From the IMG/VR virus record IMGVR_UViG_3300047454_000095: a stretch of 64,000 nt of DNA; one strand, written 5' to 3'. Positions 58,281 through 64,000 of this stretch are shown here, one piece after another. The position numbers and the translations under genes are program-made. Source of the stretch: a virus. Positions within the stretch are counted from its first letter, which is position 1. Each line of letters opens with the position of its first letter. The notes beneath the pieces are model-generated. The model did not search any database. It was given only the letters and a program-made list of their open reading frames with translations, and was not told where the DNA came from.

Positions 58281-61200
58281 TTATCCTATTACCACTGCCA
58301 TTTTAATAGCAATTTCTTCTGCATCTTGTGCGGACACAGCACCTGAACTACCTGCAACTGAAACCCACTGACCTGCTTGATCGTAAATCTCAACCCTGTC
58401 ATCCTGTGTATTAAAACGCATCATTCCTGTTTCTGGTGTTGGATGTCTATTTGACAAAGTACCAGTTGGAATAACAAATCCGCCAGTTCCTTCAATCTTG
58501 AAGTAACCAGTACCAGTTTGAGCAAGAGTAGTAATTGCGCCTGCTACAGTATTAGTTATCGAATTTTGATTGAATCCAAAATTTTCTACAACAACTTTAC
58601 CAGTTCCGTTCGCCAAAAGGTTCAAATCAGCGTTTGTAGTAATGGTTCTTACTGTATTTCCTTCGATTTCAATGTCATCGACTAATATTTTATTTACATT
58701 AAACCTTGTTGCGTTTGCATCAGCAATCTGTGTTCCACCTGCGTAAAAACGTATAGTATCATCGTCTGCACCCGGTGTTGCTTCTGCTGTAATATATGTA
58801 TCTTGGTCAACATCACGCACACCATTTAATGTGATCCACTGTCCATCATAACCTTCAAACACATCTGTGTCTGTGTTATAACGTATCATACCATTTACGC
58901 CTGTACCTGGACGTTGTGCTGTTGTACCTTTTGGTATTGTTAATGAACCTGTTGAATTAATCTCAACTGTTTCACTGCCTGGATTAAGAACAATGTCTCC
59001 TGGTGCTGAAATAATGTTTGCTTTGAAACTTAAATCATCAACAACAATACTTCCTGTTCCACTTGCACGTAATTCTAAGTCTTGGTTTGTGTTAGTTGTT
59101 TGAATAACATTAGTATTAATGTTAATATCATCAATCTGTGCCTCACCTGTGTAAACTTTTTTCCATTCATGTGTTGAAATACCTAAGTCAAATGTTCCGT
59201 CTTGGCTTGGTACAAGGTTACTTGCAATACCTGCAACAATTTGTATGCTATCACTTGCTTCATCACCAATGGTAATGTTACCACCTATTGTAACATCTCC
59301 TGTTACATCTAAGTTTCCTGTGATGTTTACATTGTCTGCAAAGTTAATAATACCGTCAGCACTGTCAATGTTCAAGTTTCCACTTAAACTTTCTACAGTG
59401 TTGCCACTTAATCTTGTGTTACCTGTTTGAATCTTGTCGCCGTCAATAATAGTTGTACTTGTGCCAGTGCTAAATCTAACACTTTGTAAAGTATCAACGT
59501 TAAAGTTTGCGTTAGTAAATGTAACAGTACCAGATGCTTGATCAACATGGAATACATCACCAACTCTAAAGTCACCTTTATGGTCAACTGAACTAAAGTA
59601 AATGTTTGCGTCATTTAATTTTGTAACTTCTTGACTTTGTACAACTGTTGTTGAATCATTATCAACTGCTTTACCGTTACCAATGTATGCAAGGTTCTGA
59701 GAAATAAGGTACATAACAACGCCGTTACCGTCGCCGTATATTCCATAGTTACCATAAACACATGCACTACCAATTGATCTAATCTCACAACCAAAGTCTG
59801 AGAAGTCAACCAGTTCCATTCCAGTTGCATAAGCACCGCCACCAAAGCCGATTGTCTGATCTAAAATAGTTTCGTCAGTAAGTGTTGTTGAAGTATCTGT
59901 ACCGTTAAATCTTAATAATAATTTTGTGTTGTTATCATTTGAAACTTCGTTCAATGGTGGTGTGTATGAACCTGCTGTGTATCTTGCATTGTCTGAAATT
60001 CTAAAATCATCTACATAACCGTTGAAAGCATTTGAAGCATCATACACTGCACCAATAATAAACGGCTTACTTGTTCCAAGTGTGCTACTAAATGCATTAT
60101 CACTATCAACTCTTGCACCGTTAACATATAAATTAATTGTATTACTTGAACGTGATACTGCAATATGTGTCCATGTTGTTGCTGATAACGTTCCGCCGGA
60201 TAATATCTCTGCACCATTGTAATAAACTTTTACTGTACCACCTACGTGATATATGTATAAGCCTGTGTCAGTTGCTGTACCGGCTCTCATATCAACTAAT
60301 GACTGTGTACCTGTTACGTTGTTTCCGTAGAACCAACCTTCAATAGTAAAGTTTGCTGTTCCTAAACCAAAGTCTGGATCATTTGCAATGCTGATATAGT
60401 CGCCGGTGCCGTCAAGTTGTAAACTACCAGTGCCGAATTTTTTAATTGTTGTATCTACTTGTGCTTGTCCTGAAACAACTACTGTCTTTCCACCACGTTC
60501 AAATTTGGTTTCAAGTCCTGCCGCGTTACCGTTCAAGTAAATGTAGTTTCCATCTACTTCATTTACTGTTGCACTAATTACAGTTCCGCCTGCTTGTGTG
60601 TATTGAAACACTTCAGACGCTGTTGGTGTTCCAACAAGTCCGCTTAATTTAACTTTAGTACGTCCTGTACCTTTTAATCCTGTAGTACCATTAACACCTT
60701 GTATCGCTTTGTCGGCAAAATATACAAAAGAGTTTAGCCATTCAATTCTTGCACCATTGGTTGCGTATAATCCAACTGCTCCAGGAACAATAAATGTTAC
60801 TGCATGGAATAACATACTTGCTTCTTTTGATCCTGTTACTGCTACAGAGCCATCTAAGTATGCACCACGTCCTGCATCTCCTTGATCAAAGCCTCTTGGA
60901 TCACTTGCACTTGTTACACTACCTTTTGTTATTACAGTTACGTTTTTAACATAAGGTGATCTTGAAGTAACATTAAAGTTACTTGCAAATCTAAAAGCAT
61001 ATCCATTGTCATTAATGCTATCGTAGTAAAAATCTTTGATTGACAAGTTCATAACACTTGTTTCACCTTGCAATACAAAACAATCATTGTTGTTTGTTCC
61101 TGCTGTAGGTGTAATGTTTACTGATCTAATACCTTCACCTAAGATTGCAACACCCGCTGGTACTGTTAAAGGAAATACTTCTTCATAATCACCTGGGTAA

Positions 61201-61991
61201 ATGTGAATAGTGTCTCCTGCACTTGCAGAAGTTAATGCTTTTGTAATAGTTGTGTATGGTGCTTGTGGATGATTACCAGCATTTGTATCATTACCATTCT
61301 TAGCAACATAATAAATGTTGCCTGGAGTTGCTGTTAAGTCCAAGTCTGATAATGTAATACTGTTTGCAACAACTGTTGTTGCTGTTACATCATCAAAGTA
61401 ACCATGATTCCACTTTTTAGTTGCGTCACCAATGGTGTATATGTTTGTTGCATCTGGTATTAGGTTACTGGCAATGTCTGCATTTATTGTAATACTATCT
61501 GTATCGTCATCACCAATAGTAATATCACCGTCTGCACTGATGTTACCAGTTGCATGTAAGTTACCAGTAACGTTTGTATTACCTACAAAGTTAATAGTAC
61601 CTGTCCCGTTAGGACGAAATTCTAAGTTTTGGTTAGTTCCTAATGTGCGAATTACACTACCGTCTATTTCAATATCATCAATTTGTAATCTATCTTGGTA
61701 AATTACGCTGTTTGGTGTTGCAATATTGAACTGACTTGCTGTAGTAGAGATAGTATTAGTACCACCGTTGATTGTTATGTTACCAATCGGTAATGTAGTG
61801 TCTAAAATATCTAATGATTGTATTCTTGCTGAACCGTTTATATCGAGCTCGGCTGTAGGCGTTGATGTCTTAATTCCAATACGGCTATTATTAACATCTA
61901 AATAAAGTAGGTCTGTTTCAAACGCTAAATCCACTCCTTGACGAAGCAAATTTGCCTTTAAAAGCGGACCAGATATACGACCAACTGCCAC
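58281..61991 (-). CDS. 1236-aa fiber-like protein with a concanavalin-A/LamG-like domain
   Basis: GTG start with AGGAG; FGTGSLQLDG...FTIEGW...WTHIAV...YVDDFRIS (about 59900-60450); two P-x-GT...R(Y/F)NT modules. Confidence 0.75.
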   Translation of the reverse strand: MAVGRISGPLLKANLLRQGVDLAFETDLLYLDVNNSRIGIKTSTPTAELDINGSARIQSLDILDTTLPIGNITINGGTNTISTTASQFNIATPNSVIYQDRLQIDDIEIDGSVIRTLGTNQNLEFRPNGTGTINFVGNTNVTGNLHATGNISADGDITIGDDDTDSITINADIASNLIPDATNIYTIGDATKKWNHGYFDDVTATTVVANSITLSDLDLTATPGNIYYVAKNGNDTNAGNHPQAPYTTITKALTSASAGDTIHIYPGDYEEVFPLTVPAGVAILGEGIRSVNITPTAGTNNNDCFVLQGETSVMNLSIKDFYYDSINDNGYAFRFASNFNVTSRSPYVKNVTVITKGSVTSASDPRGFDQGDAGRGAYLDGSVAVTGSKEASMLFHAVTFIVPGAVGLYATNGARIEWLNSFVYFADKAIQGVNGTTGLKGTGRTKVKLSGLVGTPTASEVFQYTQAGGTVISATVNEVDGNYIYLNGNAAGLETKFERGGKTVVVSGQAQVDTTIKKFGTGSLQLDGTGDYISIANDPDFGLGTANFTIEGWFYGNNVTGTQSLVDMRAGTATDTGLYIYHVGGTVKVYYNGAEILSGGTLSATTWTHIAVSRSSNTINLYVNGARVDSDNAFSSTLGTSKPFIIGAVYDASNAFNGYVDDFRISDNARYTAGSYTPPLNEVSNDNNTKLLLRFNGTDTSTTLTDETILDQTIGFGGGAYATGMELVDFSDFGCEIRSIGSACVYGNYGIYGDGNGVVMYLISQNLAYIGNGKAVDNDSTTVVQSQEVTKLNDANIYFSSVDHKGDFRVGDVFHVDQASGTVTFTNANFNVDTLQSVRFSTGTSTTIIDGDKIQTGNTRLSGNTVESLSGNLNIDSADGIINFADNVNITGNLDVTGDVTIGGNITIGDEASDSIQIVAGIASNLVPSQDGTFDLGISTHEWKKVYTGEAQIDDININTNVIQTTNTNQDLELRASGTGSIVVDDLSFKANIISAPGDIVLNPGSETVEINSTGSLTIPKGTTAQRPGTGVNGMIRYNTDTDVFEGYDGQWITLNGVRDVDQDTYITAEATPGADDDTIRFYAGGTQIADANATRFNVNKILVDDIEIEGNTVRTITTNADLNLLANGTGKVVVENFGFNQNSITNTVAGAITTLAQTGTGYFKIEGTGGFVIPTGTLSNRHPTPETGMMRFNTQDDRVEIYDQAGQWVSVAGSSGAVSAQDAEEIAIKMAVVIG

Positions 61992-62113
61992 CTTTTTCTC
62001 CTATAAACGGGGATCCTGTCCCTCTACCCTGTTAGACAAAAACTTGCCTCTATCGCTGGATAACCACGGTTTGTCCTGCAATTGACTTGGCCAGCCCTTC
62101 ATTGCATTAATAG
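61992..62113 (-). ncRNA. Candidate structured cis-regulatory leader RNA
   Basis: 50 G+C in 62001-62100 in an AT-rich genome; several complementary segments; lies between TAAATA (62114-62119) and a Shine-Dalgarno. Confidence 0.5.
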
Positions 62114-62132
62114 TATTTATCGTTTTTGGATA

Positions 62133-64000
62133 TTAGCCTAAGATAAGGTTCCAAAGGAAGTTAATTGACTCAGCGTATTCTTCAGTAACAGATTCACCAC
62201 CACCTGCCGCTAAAACCCACTGTGTTCCGTTCCAACTTTCAAGGTATCCTCGCTGTGTATTGAAACGTGTAAGACCCTGTTCTGGACTTGTGGGTCTTGC
62301 TGTATCATCACCATATGGAACAACAAGTCCCATAGTTTGATCAAACTTTAAGTAAGAATATATGTCTGCAAGACTAAATGTAAACGGTGTGTTAAGTGTA
62401 TTAGTAATTGTGTTATTCTTAAACACAAGATCTTCCTGACTAATACTACCTAATCCGTTGGATAAAAACTGAATATCTGAATTAGGTGTAGCACTTGTTA
62501 TTGTATTACCATCAATTGAGAAACTATTCTGCGAATCAAGTCTATTTGTTTGCAATGTTATGCCATTAATTGTAGTATTACTTGCATTTCCTGTAACTAA
62601 CGTAAACTGATTGTTGTTTAGATCAATATATGTGTCTCTGTCAGTATCATATAATCCATCAAAACTAACATTACCTCCGCTATAACCTTCAAATATTCCT
62701 AAGTCTGTATTATAACGCAAATCACCCACGTTATCTTTACGTTGTGCGTTTGTACCTGTTGGCAAACCTAAGTTATTAGTTGCTGACATAGTAAGATTAG
62801 TAGTTGGTGCTAATGTTAAATTAGTTATATATGATCCTAATATATTACTTCTTGCAGTAACATTATCAAATACAACATTTCCAGTTCCATTTGCACGTAA
62901 ATCTAAATTTTCGTTTGTATTACTAACACTAATAGTGTTTGCATTGAAGTTAAAACTATCTAATGCTAATTCGTTAAAGTAACCTTTTCTCCAACGTCTT
63001 GTATTTGTACCTAAATCATATTTGTTTGTTGTGTCTGGATATAAGTCTTGTGCAAAAGATGTTGTAAAGTCAACAGTATCACTTGGTTGATCTCCAAGTG
63101 TTACAAGATTTCCGCCAAGTGTTAAATTACCTGTAACATCTACACTTGCCATTCTTGTATTTGTAAGTAAGTTGTGTATGTTTGAAGGAGATGCAAAGTT
63201 AATTGGACCTGCAACGGATCTAATTGTGTTAGGAGAAAGAATTCTTATTGCTCCTGTTTCAATAGTTCCACCATCAATAAAAGATGTATTTGCATTTGTG
63301 CTTACTCTTAAACTTGAAAGTCCTGTTGCATCAACTGTGTCAGCATCAATGCTTGTTGTTCCATCTTTAAGATTTACAAAAAATGTATCTCCAACTTTAA
63401 AGTTACCTTCTTGGTCTTGTGATTGATAGTAAACTTTTCCGTTGTTTAGTTTTGTAACTTCATTTGCAACAATAGTTTGTGTAACATCATTAGTTACGTT
63501 CTTACCTGAACCAATATAAGCAAAGTTGTGTGATATTAGATATGCTAAACAGTCTGCTCCATCTACTTCAATACCTTTATTTCCATAAACACTTGCTGAA
63601 CCAATGGATCTTATTTCACCGCCTTTTATTAATACGCTATCACTACGCCATCTACCAGCGCCATCCACCATGTACATTGCTCTATTAGCGAAATAAGCGA
63701 ATGAATTCAACCACTCAACCCTAACACCGTTTGTCATTGTAATGGCATCAACACCTGGAGTAATAAAAGTTACACTGTGAAACAACATACTTGCTTCATT
63801 TGTATCATGATCACAAACACTACCATCTACAAGTGCGCCTTTACCAGCGTCTCCAGAATCAAAACCTCTTGGATCACTTGCACTTGTTGTTTGTCCTTGT
63901 GTAATAACTGTTACATTTCTAATATATGGACTACGTGATGTAACTTTCATGTCGCCTGCAAATCTAAAAGCATAACCTTTATCATTTGTGCTATCATAAA
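62133..64000 (-). CDS. 3' part of a fiber-like paralog of 58281-61991 (start outside the window)
   Basis: Frame stays open to 64000; shares YAFRFA...TSRSPY...SASDPRGFD.GDAG with its neighbour. Confidence 0.75.
   Translation of the reverse strand, partial: YDSTNDKGYAFRFAGDMKVTSRSPYIRNVTVITQGQTTSASDPRGFDSGDAGKGALVDGSVCDHDTNEASMLFHSVTFITPGVDAITMTNGVRVEWLNSFAYFANRAMYMVDGAGRWRSDSVLIKGGEIRSIGSASVYGNKGIEVDGADCLAYLISHNFAYIGSGKNVTNDVTQTIVANEVTKLNNGKVYYQSQDQEGNFKVGDTFFVNLKDGTTSIDADTVDATGLSSLRVSTNANTSFIDGGTIETGAIRILSPNTIRSVAGPINFASPSNIHNLLTNTRMASVDVTGNLTLGGNLVTLGDQPSDTVDFTTSFAQDLYPDTTNKYDLGTNTRRWRKGYFNELALDSFNFNANTISVSNTNENLDLRANGTGNVVFDNVTARSNILGSYITNLTLAPTTNLTMSATNNLGLPTGTNAQRKDNVGDLRYNTDLGIFEGYSGGNVSFDGLYDTDRDTYIDLNNNQFTLVTGNASNTTINGITLQTNRLDSQNSFSIDGNTITSATPNSDIQFLSNGLGSISQEDLVFKNNTITNTLNTPFTFSLADIYSYLKFDQTMGLVVPYGDDTARPTSPEQGLTRFNTQRGYLESWNGTQWVLAAGGGESVTEEYAESINFLWNLILG

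Larger units (their letters stand above)
176..62119. promoter_or_regulatory. Dispersed late-promoter motif TAAATA (18 gene-proximal copies)
   Basis: Minus strand: 176, 8198, 9803, 11700, 12224, 14407, 15144, 18433, 20253, 34749, 39324, 43639, 49340, 55618, 62114. Plus strand: 18498, 20268, 23031. Resembles the T4 late promoter TATAAATA. Confidence 0.75.

Noticed and set aside
62001-62110. Identification of the leader as twister, pistol or HDV-like ribozyme, or canonical c-di-GMP-I riboswitch
   Set aside because: Only short fragments match (TTAATGCA, CGTGGTTA, GTAGAGGG, CAAACC); the required helix order and conserved loops could not be assembled by eye.
1-64000. Stop-codon reassignment, tRNA genes, CRISPR arrays
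   Set aside because: Standard code gives dense, full-length ORFs; no cloverleaf-sized gaps or repeat-spacer arrays were seen.

Overview
64 kb from a large, AT-rich, T4-like myovirus genome. Almost all genes lie on the minus strand; the plus strand carries an HNH gene and a block at 20.3-26.6 kb. Left to right: (i) a glycan/methylation cassette (glycosyltransferase, two SAM methyltransferases, TupA-like ATP-grasp); (ii) recombination/replication genes uvsY, uvsX and gp32; (iii) packaging, neck and tail genes (terminase large and small subunits, gp4-like nuclease, tube paralog, tube, sheath, dNMP kinase, gp13, gp14, gp15) in a non-T4 order; (iv) NUDIX, hldE, hldD and cupin sugar-nucleotide genes; (v) a ~37 kb run of very large fiber/baseplate-type proteins. 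That run is interrupted by three paralogous ~10%-cysteine glycine-rich proteins, two fiber-chaperone-like genes and four tailoring enzymes (nitrilase family, GT9-like, SGNH-like, carbamoyltransferase). The best leads are a 50%-GC, apparently structured ~115-nt leader before a fiber gene (61992-62113), the Cys-rich/tailoring-enzyme cassette, the ADP-heptose genes with a GT9-like transferase, and a TAAATA late-promoter motif that often sits 5 nt before an ATG (leaderless mRNAs). I saw no tRNA, CRISPR array, intron, intein or evidence of recoding. All assignments come from reading motifs by eye; no searches or folding programs were run.
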